DNA of 32,903 nt from contig SICB01000002.1 of assembly GCA_009691555.1 (NCBI GenBank), positions 1-32,903 of the forward strand. The letters are read 5' to 3'. Below the pieces are notes generated by a model. That model saw nothing but the letters and a program-made list of their open reading frames with translations, searched no databases and had not been told where the DNA came from. This document shows positions 32,586 through 32,903 of this stretch, one piece after another. The DNA comes from Patescibacteria group bacterium. Its GTDB lineage: Bacteria; Patescibacteriota; Saccharimonadia; CAILAD01; BJGX01. The first letter of the stretch is position 1. The number at the start of each line of letters is the position of its first letter. The position numbers and the translations under genes were made by a program.

Positions 32586-32903
32586 CTACGGAGTCGTGGC
32601 GTACTTTTGTGCAATCACTTCCCAGACCTTGATGTCTGCCCCGCTAGGTTTGCCGTAGCCGTCTTTGGCGGTCTGAACCACAACATCGGCGACCCGCTCA
32701 GCTGGCATGCCATGAAAATCGGTCATTTCGGTCGATGTCATTGTGGGGCTAACAGAATATACATTCAAACTGGGCGTCTCGATAGCCAGGACCTCGGTAA
32801 AACCCCTGACGCCGTACTTACTAGCGCAATAAACACTCAAATCTACCACCGGGTGCGAGGCCGAGCCGGCTGTGATATTAATGATGGTGTCTTTGATATG
32901 CGG
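32586..32903 (-). CDS. short-chain dehydrogenase/reductase, C-terminal part (5' end off the window)
   Basis: The frame stays open to the window edge. It reads IINITAGSASHPVVDLSVYCASKYGVRGF, giving the SDR catalytic Ser and YxxxK. Confidence 0.8.
   Translation of the reverse strand, partial: PHIKDTIINITAGSASHPVVDLSVYCASKYGVRGFTEVLAIETPSLNVYSVSPTMTSTEMTDFHGMPAERVADVVVQTAKDGYGKPSGADIKVWEVIAQKYATTP

Overview
All family calls below come from motifs I recognise by eye; no searches were run. This is a gene-dense bacterial chromosome segment with short spacers and several overlapping stops and starts. GC is about 45-52% by eye. Most genes are housekeeping: truB (partial), a degenerate DHH-like protein, a GNAT acetyltransferase, rpsT, holA, mutM, polA, rpoD, dnaG, a MurE-like Mur ligase, trhO-like, pyrH, ccdA plus a thioredoxin-like gene, dus, an LCP protein, BI-1/YccA flanked by two HdeD paralogs, msrA and a partial SDR. 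The compact layout and many small membrane proteins fit a small-genome lineage such as Patescibacteria/Saccharibacteria, but that is inference only.

The stand-out is a roughly 2.5 kb islet at 16093-18599, inserted at the 3' end of the Mur ligase gene.
- A diverged direct duplicate of the last ~295 nt of that gene is left at 18600-18894.
- The cargo is bracketed by a perfect 28-bp inverted repeat (16504-16531 and 18577-18604).
- It carries a minus-strand operon: a His-rich 166-aa protein of unknown function, a TauD-type Fe(II)/2OG oxygenase, and an untracked 27-aa Cys-rich peptide gene (MTRQERIKRIAEKLYSAKCASCQGCTT).
- The peptide gene has a near-consensus Shine-Dalgarno and is followed by a perfect 16-bp hairpin terminator.
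- An AT-rich SAM methyltransferase gene lies downstream of the terminator.
- No integrase, transposase or known RiPP class-defining enzyme is present.

I read this as a candidate minimal, undescribed peptide-modification (RiPP-like) cassette on a non-autonomous or decayed mobile islet.

Secondary oddities:
- DnaG lacks all four zinc ligands.
- The DHH protein has degenerate catalytic motifs.
- S20 carries a Lys/Ala-rich tail.
- A Pro-rich surface protein contains an in-frame 24-nt tandem repeat.
- A decayed thioredoxin paralog has its CxxC codons precisely deleted.
- A stand-alone nicotianamine-synthase-like gene is present.
- A promoter-to-terminator structured RNA or leaderless micro-ORF candidate lies at about 1802-1953.
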